DNA of 64,000 nucleotides from an uncultured Candidatus Saccharibacteria bacterium (lineage in GTDB: Bacteria; Patescibacteriota; Minisyncoccia; Minisyncoccales; PWPS01): contig CAZDOR010000001.1 of NCBI GenBank assembly GCA_964507105.1, positions 4,722 to 68,721 on the forward strand. The letters are read 5' to 3'. The notes under the pieces were generated by a model. The model had not been told where the DNA came from. It searched no databases and saw only the letters and a list, made by a program, of their open reading frames with translations. Every line of letters begins with the position of its first letter. Within the stretch, counting starts at the first letter, position 1. Positions 10,727 to 20,072 of the stretch are shown one piece after another. The position numbers and the translations under genes were made by a program.

Positions 10727-11068
10727 ATGACGAAATTAATAGCACAGATTCTCGCAAGCATCATAGCTTTACGATTGGCACAACTCTACATGTCCGGGAT
10801 TCAATTCAAGGGAAACGTAGAAATATTGATTTTTGCCGGAGCGGTTCTCGGTTTGCTTAATTTTTTCGTGAAGCCAATTCTAAAAGCAATAACGCTACCA
10901 CTCCGTATTTTGACATTGGGATTTTTTTCTTTTATAATCAACATCGTCATAGTTTATTTCGTTGATCTCGCATTTTATGAACTGGTTTTCGAAGGCTTTT
11001 GGCCGATGGCTTGGTTTATAGTCCTACTCTGGTTCCTAAACTTAATTTTATATTCAATCTTGAACTAA
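10727..11068 (+). CDS. YvlD/DUF360 (4-TM 'phage holin 4_2') family membrane protein
   Basis: GLLNFFVKPILKAITLPLRILTLGFFSFIIN signature. Confidence 0.85.
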   Translation: MTKLIAQILASIIALRLAQLYMSGIQFKGNVEILIFAGAVLGLLNFFVKPILKAITLPLRILTLGFFSFIINIVIVYFVDLAFYELVFEGFWPMAWFIVLLWFLNLILYSILN

Positions 11069-11069
11069 C

Positions 11070-11294
11070 ATGCTTCAATTCGAACAGTTATTACCCTACT
11101 TACAAATAATCGTGGCCGTGCTTTTGATTACTGTTATTCTCCTACAGAAAGGTGGAGGAGCGATGGGCTCTTCATTCGGACAGTCCGGAGAATTTTCAAC
11201 AACCAGGCGCGGACCGGAAAAGCATCTATTCACTTCCACTATCATTCTCGGCATCCTTTTCATAGGGTTGGCTCTATTAAACTTACTGATTTAA
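11070..11294 (+). CDS. secG: Preprotein translocase subunit SecG
   Basis: Two TM helices, ILLQKGGGAMGSSFG...RRGPEK. Confidence 0.9.
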   Translation: MLQFEQLLPYLQIIVAVLLITVILLQKGGGAMGSSFGQSGEFSTTRRGPEKHLFTSTIILGILFIGLALLNLLI

Positions 11295-13232
11295 ATGAGA
11301 AACATAATATCGAACCTTTCCAAAAAGGGGAAGCGGTTGTTGAACTTTAAAGATAAAAAGTCTTTTTTTGCAATTTTGCTGTTGCTATTTTTTTCATTAA
11401 TGGTGTTGATCTACATTTTTTATATTGCGAATACCGAATCGGTCCCCGCTTCCGGAGGAACTTATACGGAGGGTGCTCTCGGTAAAGTCAGATTTCTAAA
11501 CCCAATATATGCTCCGGAATCCGATTCGGACAGAAATTTAACGGAGATCCTATACAGCGGCTTAATGGATTATGATAAAAGCAACGAATTGGAGCCGGCG
11601 TTGGCAAAAAACGTGGAAAAAGATGATGGCGGTCGAATTTTTACGGTTACTCTGAGAGATGAAATTTACTGGTCGGACGGAGAGAAAATTACCGCCGATG
11701 ACATAATTTTCACCATAACAGCTTTACAATCCAGAGAAGTTCAAAGCCCGATTCGAACCAGCTGGGAAGGAGTAAGGGTAGAAAAAATTTCAGAGAAAAA
11801 AGTGGAATTTCGATTGGAAAACCCCTCTCCTTTATTTATTGAAAAACTAACTCTCAAGCCGATACCCAAACATCACTGGAAAGATGTTCCTTTTGAGGAT
11901 TTTCAGTTCGCTAATAAAAATATGAAACCGATAAGTTCCGGCCCCTACAAATTGGACCAAGTCGAAGAAACAGAAGATTTTCAGAAAATAGTATTGAGGA
12001 AAAACTCCAAATACCACGGTAAGAGTCCATACTTGAACCGAATCGAATTCCTGATTTTTGAAAACGAGACTGAATTAATAGAAAAAAAAGACAAGCTGGA
12101 CGGGTTTTCTCTTCCAAGTATAAGCAATGACAAGGCTTTCTCTATGGAAGAATACAGCTTTCAGCTACCACGATATTTTTCAATATTCTTCAACACCGAT
12201 CATTTCTCTTCGAAAATCCGAAAAGCTTTGGCCTATGGCACCGACAAACAGTCTTTAAATGAAAAATTAAAAGATATAGAAGAAGTCGAATCACCAATAA
12301 TGCCCGAATTTTACGGGTTTGAAGGCCCGGAAACGAAATACGAATCGGATCTTGAAAAAGCGTCCGACCTTTTGAAAAAAGCCGGGTTTAAGAAAGATGG
12401 AGATTATTTTGAAAAGGTGGTTCAGGAAGAACGGCATTTTGAATTTACGGAAAGATTATCGAAAGGAGATCAAGGAGAAGAAGTCAGAGAGTTACAAAGA
12501 TGTTTACTCAACGAAGAGGTTTTTCCGGAGGGGGAAATAACCGGATACTTGGATTCGGAAACCAAAGAAGCTGTCAATCGATTTCAAAGAAAATACGAAA
12601 AAGAAATATTAAAGCCACACGATTTTGAAAATCCGACAGGTGTGGTAGCTTCATCTACAAGAAAAAAACTAAATGAACTTTGCGGTGGTAAAATACCGGA
12701 AGAAAGGGAAAAGCTAACCGTAGAAGTGACAACTATCGATCACCCGCTTTTGGTGGATGTAATGAAAGAAATTTCCATTCAGTGGCAGGAGCTGGGAGTA
12801 AAAGTAAAAAAAGAAACAGTTAATCTACCAACCATAGAAACTCTCATAATCGAGGAAAAGAACTATCAAAGCTTCCTCTTCGGAATTAATATGGAGTCGA
12901 TTCCCGATTTGTACCGCTGGTGGCATTCGAGCCAAACTGAAAGCCCCGGTCTCAATTTCACAAATTACGAAAACGAAGAAGTCGACAGTTTACTGGAAAA
13001 ATCAGTACGAACAACGGATGAGGATAAACGTGCAGAAACACTCGAAAAGATTCAAGAGCTAATTATGGAAGACAAGCCGGCAATTTTTCTTTATTCACCC
13101 AACAAAATTCATTTAGCAGACGAAAAAATAAAGGGTATAGAAGAGAGAAAATTAATAAATTCTTCACAACGTTTAAACGATATTAAGTATTGGCACATAA
13201 ACACAAAAAGAAGATGGATAAACAACAATTAA
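11295..13232 (+). CDS. Family-5 (peptide/nickel) solute-binding protein with N-terminal TM anchor and inserted peptidoglycan-binding domain
   Basis: WSDGEKITADDIIFT, SSGPYKL, NFTNYENEEVDSLLE; insert LSKGDQGEEVRELQRCL...TKEAVNRFQ...TGVVASSTRKKLN. Confidence 0.85.
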   Translation: MRNIISNLSKKGKRLLNFKDKKSFFAILLLLFFSLMVLIYIFYIANTESVPASGGTYTEGALGKVRFLNPIYAPESDSDRNLTEILYSGLMDYDKSNELEPALAKNVEKDDGGRIFTVTLRDEIYWSDGEKITADDIIFTITALQSREVQSPIRTSWEGVRVEKISEKKVEFRLENPSPLFIEKLTLKPIPKHHWKDVPFEDFQFANKNMKPISSGPYKLDQVEETEDFQKIVLRKNSKYHGKSPYLNRIEFLIFENETELIEKKDKLDGFSLPSISNDKAFSMEEYSFQLPRYFSIFFNTDHFSSKIRKALAYGTDKQSLNEKLKDIEEVESPIMPEFYGFEGPETKYESDLEKASDLLKKAGFKKDGDYFEKVVQEERHFEFTERLSKGDQGEEVRELQRCLLNEEVFPEGEITGYLDSETKEAVNRFQRKYEKEILKPHDFENPTGVVASSTRKKLNELCGGKIPEEREKLTVEVTTIDHPLLVDVMKEISIQWQELGVKVKKETVNLPTIETLIIEEKNYQSFLFGINMESIPDLYRWWHSSQTESPGLNFTNYENEEVDSLLEKSVRTTDEDKRAETLEKIQELIMEDKPAIFLYSPNKIHLADEKIKGIEERKLINSSQRLNDIKYWHINTKRRWINNN

Positions 13233-13783
13233 AAAATCCCGACATAAGACGCATAAGTGACATGAAGGAAGTTATTTACGATAAAGAATGGTTGAAATCA
13301 GCGGAAGATTTCGAAGCTTACTACATGTACAGAGGGGTAGCGAAAAAAAATGGACTCCGTTACGACATAACCGAAATGCCTTTCAAAATGTTCGGTAAGG
13401 AATACCCGAAGACCAAAGGACATTATCATCCCGGTGATTATGGAGAGATCTACCAAGTTTTAGAAGGAAAAGCAATCTATTTACTCCAAAACAGGGAGCT
13501 GAGTGATATAGTAATAATAGAAACTAATCCCGGCGAAGTAGCGATAATTCCTCCCAATTACGGTCACGTAACGATAAATCCCGGTCCGGAAAAATTGAAA
13601 ATGGCCAATTGGGTAAGTCCGGAATTCAACTCAATTTACGAGCCGATATTGAAAAAAGGGGGTGCAGCCTACTTCTATACCGAGAACGGATGGATACAAA
13701 ACCAAAACCATGACAGTGTTCCGGAGATACGAATGGAAGACCCAGAAGCGGGACTACCTGAAGATTTGGAATTTCTAAAATAG
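13214..13783 (+). CDS. Cupin-type (archaeal-type) glucose-6-phosphate isomerase family protein
   Basis: KTKGHYH, EIYQVLEG, IPPNYGHVTINPG. Confidence 0.85.
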   Translation: MDKQQLKNPDIRRISDMKEVIYDKEWLKSAEDFEAYYMYRGVAKKNGLRYDITEMPFKMFGKEYPKTKGHYHPGDYGEIYQVLEGKAIYLLQNRELSDIVIIETNPGEVAIIPPNYGHVTINPGPEKLKMANWVSPEFNSIYEPILKKGGAAYFYTENGWIQNQNHDSVPEIRMEDPEAGLPEDLEFLK

Positions 13784-13788
13784 AAGCA

Positions 13789-13872
13789 GCCCGGGTGGCG
13801 GAACCGGCAGACGCGCCAGTTTCAGGGACTGGTGCCCTTACGGGCTTGCGGGTTCGAATCCCGCCCCGGGCA
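13789..13872 (+). tRNA. tRNA-Leu(CAG)
   Basis: GCCCGGG...CCCGGGCA; anticodon arm CCAGT-TTCAGGG-ACTGG. Confidence 0.95.
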
Positions 13873-13966
13873 CAAAACAATTAATTATTAACTACGGGTT
13901 TTTCTCATAAATAAACTCGATTTAAAAAGAACGAAAACGAAAAAGTAAGTTTTTGTTTGAAAAAGA

Positions 13967-15640
13967 ATGAGCAGTAAAGACAAGAAAGTAAAAATAATTC
14001 CTCTCGGTGGAATGGGAGAAGTGGGAAAAAACATGACTCTCCTGGAATGTGAGGGTCGAATCTTAATAATAGATATGGGGCTTAACTTTCCCGAAGATGA
14101 TTCACCGGGAGTAGACTACATAATCCCGAATATTTCTTACTTAAAAGGCAGAAAAAAAGATATTCTGGGAGTCGTATTCACCCACGGGCACTACGATCAC
14201 ATCGGAGCGGTTCCTTATTTTCTAAACAAGTTAGGAAACCCTCCTCTTTACGGATCTCCTCTGACTATGGGGATAATTGAAAAACGACAAAGCGACTTTC
14301 CATCACAACCAAAACTAAAAAAGATAGTTGTGGAAGACGGAAACAGTATACAAATGGGACCTTTCAACGTGGAATTTTTTCATCAAAACCACAACATACC
14401 TCATAATTTAGGTCTCTTTATTGAAACGCCGGCAGGAAATATTCTTCATACCTCGGACTTCAAGTTCGACAAAACCCCCCAAAACGGGCCGGCAACGAAC
14501 TTCGAGAGATTGGAAAAGCTGTCAGAAAGGGGGGTTCATCTTATGCTTTCCGATTCCACGGGTGCCGAGATAGATGGAAACTCTTTGTCGGAAAAAACGA
14601 TTTCAGAAAACATGGAAAAGATATTTCGGAACGCAAAAGGAAGAATAATAACGGCAACTTTTTCCTCTTTAATAAACCGTGTTCAGGATATCATCAATCT
14701 TTCCGAAAAATACAACAGAAAGGTGGTAATAGAAGGATACGGAATGAAAACGAATATTGAACTCGCCCGTAATCTGAATCTGATCAAAATCAAAAAAGGG
14801 ACTCTGGTGGACAGAAGGAATGCGGACGAACTGGCTGCGGAAAATACAACAATAATTTGCACCGGAGCTCAAGGAGAAGAACGGGCAGCACTCATGAGGA
14901 TAACCAACGGAGAGCACAGACATTTCGAATTGAGAGAAAGAGATACCGTGGTTTTTTCTTCCTCGGTAATTCCGGGAAACGAAAGGTCCGTTCAGAATCT
15001 CCGAGACGATATCCTGCGCCAAGGTGCCGATGTTTATCATTACAAGATGATGGATATACACGCAAAGGGCCATGCTCAGAGTGAAGAGATAATCGAAATG
15101 ATCAAGATAATGAGACCAAACTATCTAATTCCGGCACACGGACAATACTCGATGCTGGTAAGGCATAAAAAATTAGCGGAAAAAACCGGAATCCCGGAAA
15201 AAACTATGATAATAGAAAACGGGGAACCGGCCGTACTTTCTCCGAAAAATCTCTACAAAGCGGATAAAGCGGTTAACGCAAAACCGGTGATGGTTGACGG
15301 GTCCGGAGTCGGAGACGTGGGAGGAGTCGTTCTTTACGATAGAAAAGAATTAGCTGAAAACGGAATTTTCGTAGTCATAGCAGTAGTGGATAAAGAAACC
15401 AAAAAACTTCAAAACTCACCCGATATAATCTCCAGAGGGTTCGTTTATCTACGAGAATCTCAAGATTTGCTGGCAGAAACAAGAAATAAAGTAAGAGAGA
15501 TAATAAAAGAGGCTTCAAAATCCAGAAAGAAGAGTGCTCCGAAAAAAATAAAGAAGATGATGGGTAAAAGAATAGAGGACTTCTTGTACAGCAAAACAAA
15601 AAGGAGGCCCATAGTTTTGCCGGTAGTAATAGAGATTTAA
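13967..15640 (+). CDS. rnj: Ribonuclease J
   Basis: PLGGMGEVGKN, THGHYDHIG, TGAQGE, IPGNE. Confidence 0.97.
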   Translation: MSSKDKKVKIIPLGGMGEVGKNMTLLECEGRILIIDMGLNFPEDDSPGVDYIIPNISYLKGRKKDILGVVFTHGHYDHIGAVPYFLNKLGNPPLYGSPLTMGIIEKRQSDFPSQPKLKKIVVEDGNSIQMGPFNVEFFHQNHNIPHNLGLFIETPAGNILHTSDFKFDKTPQNGPATNFERLEKLSERGVHLMLSDSTGAEIDGNSLSEKTISENMEKIFRNAKGRIITATFSSLINRVQDIINLSEKYNRKVVIEGYGMKTNIELARNLNLIKIKKGTLVDRRNADELAAENTTIICTGAQGEERAALMRITNGEHRHFELRERDTVVFSSSVIPGNERSVQNLRDDILRQGADVYHYKMMDIHAKGHAQSEEIIEMIKIMRPNYLIPAHGQYSMLVRHKKLAEKTGIPEKTMIIENGEPAVLSPKNLYKADKAVNAKPVMVDGSGVGDVGGVVLYDRKELAENGIFVVIAVVDKETKKLQNSPDIISRGFVYLRESQDLLAETRNKVREIIKEASKSRKKSAPKKIKKMMGKRIEDFLYSKTKRRPIVLPVVIEI

Positions 15641-15668
15641 TCCGTAATCAAATATAATTAAAAAAAAT

Positions 15669-16652
15669 ATGAGAATATTTAGCGGAATACAGCCGACGGG
15701 GGAGTTACATATAGGGAACTACCTCGGAGCTATAAAACAGTGGATAAAGCTACAAGAAAAAGATGAATGCATCTTTTCGATAGTTGATCTTCATGCTTTG
15801 ACTTCGGATTATTCTCCGGAAGATCTCCGCGACAAAGTAGTCAGTACGGCAATAGTTTATCTGGCAGCGGGAATCGATCCAGAAAAATCAACCATATTCG
15901 TTCAATCACAAGTAAAAGAGCATACCGAGTTATGTTGGTATTTAAACACTTTAACGCCGATAGGAGAATTGGAAAGGATGACCCAATACAAAGAAAAATC
16001 AAGCAAGAAGAAAAAAAGATCCAATGCCGGTCTTTTAAACTATCCCATCCTGCAAGCGGCGGATATTCTTCTTTATGGAACACAAGTAGTTCCCATCGGA
16101 GAAGATCAGGTTCAACACATAGAATTGACAAGAGACATTGCAAAAAAATTCAATAAAAAATTCGGAAAAACTTTCCAAATTCCCGAGTATCAACTGTCAA
16201 AAACCGGAGCCAGAATAATGAGTCTAAAAAATCCATCAAATAAAATGTCCAAATCAGGGAAAAAGGGGAATGCAATATCCCTTTTCGACAAACCGAAAGT
16301 CATAGAAAAAAAGGTTATGTCCGCCGTAACCGACACCGGAAAGGACATAGTCCATAACCCGGAAAAAAAACCGGGGATTTCCAACTTAATAGTGATTTAC
16401 AGTAAATTTAAAGAGCAAAAAATAAATAAAACAGAAAAAGAATTCAAAAACTCGAGCTATAAAGTATTTAAAGAAAAGTTGGCCGAACTTTTAATAAAAT
16501 CACTGGATCCTTTCCGTCAAAAAAGAGAGAAGTTAAAACAGCGAAGAGAAGTCTATATAGAAGAAATTCTAAATCAAGGAGCGCAAAGAGCCGAATCGTT
16601 GGCTTCTTCAAAAATGAGTGAAGTGAGGCGAAAGATGGGCCTTATCAACTGA
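15669..16652 (+). CDS. trpS: Tryptophan--tRNA ligase
   Basis: SGIQPTGELHIGNYLG, KMSKS. Confidence 0.98.
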   Translation: MRIFSGIQPTGELHIGNYLGAIKQWIKLQEKDECIFSIVDLHALTSDYSPEDLRDKVVSTAIVYLAAGIDPEKSTIFVQSQVKEHTELCWYLNTLTPIGELERMTQYKEKSSKKKKRSNAGLLNYPILQAADILLYGTQVVPIGEDQVQHIELTRDIAKKFNKKFGKTFQIPEYQLSKTGARIMSLKNPSNKMSKSGKKGNAISLFDKPKVIEKKVMSAVTDTGKDIVHNPEKKPGISNLIVIYSKFKEQKINKTEKEFKNSSYKVFKEKLAELLIKSLDPFRQKREKLKQRREVYIEEILNQGAQRAESLASSKMSEVRRKMGLIN

Positions 16653-16673
16653 TCCGAAACGAGTCACTAAAAC

Positions 16674-16703
16674 AAAAAAGCGGACCATACGGTCCGCTTC
16701 TTT
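16674..16703. terminator. Bidirectional intrinsic terminator
   Basis: AAGCGGACC-ATAC-GGTCCGCTT with A/T tracts, between convergent genes. Confidence 0.8.
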
Positions 16704-16720
16704 GATAATTACTGAAAAAA

Positions 16721-17137
16721 TCAATATTCTTTCAGTTCTTCTATCTTTTTTTTGAGCTTTTTATTTTCCTTCTTCAATTCCACCATCTTGATTTCGCGCC
16801 CGACGGTTAATTTGTTGAATTTTTTTAGTTGTTCAATCTTTTTTTCAAGCTGAGCAGTTCTTCTTTTAACTTTCTCGTCCAATTTTTTGTTCAATTCTTC
16901 CAATTCCTTGGTTCGTGCCCTAACCTTTATCTCCAAAACAGCATTCGCCTCTTTCAATTCTTCTTTTTTCTCCTGAAGTTTTTCTTCTATTCTTTTAAGC
17001 TCGTTAATTCTATTTTCGCTTTCCCTTTTTTCTTTCATCAACTGAAAATCCCTGCGCAAAAATTTCTTGGAAATTCTGTCCAGCTCTTTTTTAAGCTCCT
17101 CTTTGGATAAATCTTTTGTTTTTTTGTTTTTGTTCAC
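16721..17137 (-). CDS. Coiled-coil protein with signalling-helix-like repeats and VGREIKM motif
   Basis: LEIKVRARTKEL / LDEKVKRRTAQL repeats; FNKLTVGREIKMVELK; GTG start abuts the FIST gene stop. Confidence 0.7.
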   Translation of the reverse strand: MNKNKKTKDLSKEELKKELDRISKKFLRRDFQLMKEKRESENRINELKRIEEKLQEKKEELKEANAVLEIKVRARTKELEELNKKLDEKVKRRTAQLEKKIEQLKKFNKLTVGREIKMVELKKENKKLKKKIEELKEY

Positions 17138-18310
17138 CTATCTGATAGCTAAAACAGTTATGGTCTCATTGTGAAAAACACTGCGCTCTTCCCCGTTTTT
17201 CAAAGGAGCTATTTCTCCATAAGTATAAAATCCCGCAACCGGAACCTCCGGACCGAACACATCCTTAATGGCTTCAGGTTCTTCATTTCTCTCCATTCCC
17301 AAGAGCTTATATCTGGCAATGCAGTTAAAAACGAATACCGCCTTGGGTTTTTCTCCCAACTGATTGCGAGCTGATTCGGCCGCTTCGCGAGCCGCCCCGA
17401 TCGCTTTTTTTCTATCTCCTATCATTAATCTAACAATGGATCCTTCCGGAACTTCAGCAGCAAAGTCTATTTCCCCGTCACCATTAGCAATTACGGGAGA
17501 ACGGAGAAGCGTATTTTCGCTTTCATCAATACTCATTCCTAAAGGATAAGTATAAGCTATTTGAGCAAAAGACTCTCGAGTCAACTCTTCGGCCGCCTTT
17601 CCGAAATAGTCTTCATAAATTTTTAAAGCCGGTTCATTTTCTATCTCAATTACTTTTGCTCCCTCCGAAGCGGTAACCCTCATCGGATTACCTACAGGTT
17701 CCCAGCCGTGCCCGCATCCCGTTCCAAAAGAGACATCATCGGAAATCCCGATTCCGAGAACAGCTCCGCTGACTACTTCGCCATCAACATATTGAAAAGT
17801 TTTTTGGAAGTTATAATCATCACCGGCCAAACCACCTATTATCAAAAAATCATTTCCCAAAACTTCTTGAGCTCCTCTTACTATTTCAGCTCCGTTTTCG
17901 GATAGACCATCCCCTAACAGAAATAACGCGGAAAAATTATTTTCCCTTTCTCGTAATTTTCGAGCCATTTCTCTTCCGGTTCGAAAAGAATTTTCGACTG
18001 CTCCCTTCTCAACCGCAACGGGCCAGTGATCGGCACCGCTGATTCCCATGACGACAACACTGCCAGATTTCACTTGAGACCCTTCAATTTCTCCGGCCGT
18101 TGAACACCCCACCACTCGAGCCTCCTCCGTAGAGCTTATTACTCCACTCAATACTTCTTCTTGATCATATTCGGAAGAAGAAAAAACGAATACTATTTTC
18201 GGCTCCTCTTCCAAGCCGGCAAGCATGCTTTCAACACTCTCCTTTCCGGCCTCGAAGGGATCTTCATTTGAGCTGATCCCAGTAAAAGCTTCTATTTTTG
18301 TGTTTTCCAT
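17138..18310 (-). CDS. FIST N+C domain protein
   Basis: GCSTAGEI, GGLAGDD, GHGWEP, FNCIAR, GFYTYGEI, FHNET. Confidence 0.92.
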   Translation of the reverse strand: MENTKIEAFTGISSNEDPFEAGKESVESMLAGLEEEPKIVFVFSSSEYDQEEVLSGVISSTEEARVVGCSTAGEIEGSQVKSGSVVVMGISGADHWPVAVEKGAVENSFRTGREMARKLRERENNFSALFLLGDGLSENGAEIVRGAQEVLGNDFLIIGGLAGDDYNFQKTFQYVDGEVVSGAVLGIGISDDVSFGTGCGHGWEPVGNPMRVTASEGAKVIEIENEPALKIYEDYFGKAAEELTRESFAQIAYTYPLGMSIDESENTLLRSPVIANGDGEIDFAAEVPEGSIVRLMIGDRKKAIGAAREAAESARNQLGEKPKAVFVFNCIARYKLLGMERNEEPEAIKDVFGPEVPVAGFYTYGEIAPLKNGEERSVFHNETITVLAIR

Positions 18311-18362
18311 ATTTTTTCTTTTGTTTTTTTAAATATAACAAGAATATTTATTTTTAACAAAA

Positions 18363-19691
18363 TTAACTCACCTCTTTTATTATTCGGATTAGTTCTTCTC
18401 TTTTTTTGTTTAATTTCTTTTTCGTATCGGCCTCGAGTCGTAATCTGACCAAATCCTCTGTATTCGATTTTCTCAAATTGAACCACCAATCTTCAAACTC
18501 TACATACACGCCGTCAATTTCAAAATTCTCTCCGTGATTGAATGCCTGGCGCACCTCGTTCAGTGTTTTGTCCTTGTTTTTAACTTCCATATTTATTTCC
18601 CGGCTTTGATGATATTTTTTAAACGGCTTTATGAGATCAGAAAACTTTTTCTCTTTTTTGCTCAAAAAGGAAATCAGTTTAACGGCAATAAAAAGGCCGT
18701 CATCTATGCAATAATTGTCCCGGTGCATTATATGTCCGGAAAGTTCCGCCCCCATAAGCCCGCCCTCCTCAATCAATTTTTCTTTGTAGAAGGGGTTTCC
18801 GACTCGCATCTTTTCCGGTATTCCGCCGGCTTCGGCGATTTTCTCCGGTGTTATTTTTGAAAATCTAAGATCAAAATAGATTTTTTTCTCCTCCGAATTT
18901 TCAAGTTCGGTTTCGGCGAGAAGACTAACCAACAAATCCGGGTAAACTATTTTTCCCCGATCATCAACAAAAAAAGCTCTATCCCCGTCTCCATCGAAAA
19001 ATATACCGAGATCGGCTTCCTCTTCCTTTACTTTTTTTACCAGGATTTCCATGTTTTTCGGTTCCGGGTTTGGTAGGTGATTGGGGAAACGAGGGTCAAC
19101 TTCGTCATAGAGACTTAAAATTTCGGCATCCAAATTATCGAAGGCCTTTTTTCCGGTCACCGAAGCTACTCCGTTTCCGTAATCAACCACCACCTTCAAT
19201 CCATGAACATCTCGTCCGAAAGACAAAATATGGGAAATATAGTCCGGCATTGGATTCACTTGTTTGACATCGCCTTCTTTATCCACAAAATTTTCTTTTT
19301 TTATAATTTTCCTTATCCCCTGAATCTGTTTTCCGTATACTTGAAGACCGTTTCTTTTTATCAGTTTCATTCCGTTGTATTCGGGGGGGTTGTGGGAAGC
19401 GGTAACCATAATGCCTCCCGAATGATCATATTTACAGACCGCAAAATTAACCAAAGGAGTGGAAGCGATTCCTATATCAAAAACTCGAGCCCCGGAATCA
19501 ATCAGGCCTTCTTTCAAATTTTTAAAAATATCAGGAGAGGTTTCCCTTCCGTCTCTTCCAACCACTATTTCCGGATTCTCTTCATCAAGAAAGCTGACGA
19601 AAGCCCTTCCCACAAAATAAGCTATTTCGGGATCTACTTCTTCCGGAGAAAGCCCTCTTATATCGTATGTTTTAAATATTTTATTCTTCAT
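18363..19691 (-). CDS. Phosphomannomutase/phosphoglucomutase
   Basis: YDIRG, TASHNP, FDGDGDR. Confidence 0.95.
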   Translation of the reverse strand: MKNKIFKTYDIRGLSPEEVDPEIAYFVGRAFVSFLDEENPEIVVGRDGRETSPDIFKNLKEGLIDSGARVFDIGIASTPLVNFAVCKYDHSGGIMVTASHNPPEYNGMKLIKRNGLQVYGKQIQGIRKIIKKENFVDKEGDVKQVNPMPDYISHILSFGRDVHGLKVVVDYGNGVASVTGKKAFDNLDAEILSLYDEVDPRFPNHLPNPEPKNMEILVKKVKEEEADLGIFFDGDGDRAFFVDDRGKIVYPDLLVSLLAETELENSEEKKIYFDLRFSKITPEKIAEAGGIPEKMRVGNPFYKEKLIEEGGLMGAELSGHIMHRDNYCIDDGLFIAVKLISFLSKKEKKFSDLIKPFKKYHQSREINMEVKNKDKTLNEVRQAFNHGENFEIDGVYVEFEDWWFNLRKSNTEDLVRLRLEADTKKKLNKKREELIRIIKEVS

Positions 19692-20072
19692 AATAAAAAG
19701 TTACTTTTAAAGATTATATCAAAAAAAGACAATTTTGAAACTCGATGGCAACAATTCTTAAAATAACCTTAAATTTATTTCCTTAATAATATAAATATAA
19801 TAATTAAGAATCCATGTTTTATTTCAATTATGTTCAACTTTTTTGCAAAATAATCTCGAAGATTGATTCAGTTCATCAACGATTTCGTAATTGTTCTATC
19901 GATAGTGTTGAGGATGTGGATATCCGGAATCTTTTTCTCTTGTCTTTTTTTTGTTGAGTTCAACTCACTTTAGGGTTCAGTAACCAATCCGTACCCATCA
20001 AATCCTAATAAAAATTGTCAAAATAAGGAATAATTTGGGAAAAGTTCTCGGATAAGTTATCATTAGACTGAC

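Noticed and set aside
10727-11068. Prophage suggested by the 'phage holin' family gene
   Set aside because: YvlD/DUF360 is a common chromosomal membrane protein; no phage genes flank it.
19811-19838. Possible dif site (TTATGTTCAAC resembles a XerD arm)
   Set aside because: The left arm TCCATGTTTTA lacks the XerC-type ...ATAA inner palindrome; too weak without skew data.
19692-20072. Possible oriC (AT-rich, one TGTGGATAT)
   Set aside because: Only one imperfect DnaA box; no box cluster and no dnaA/dnaN nearby.
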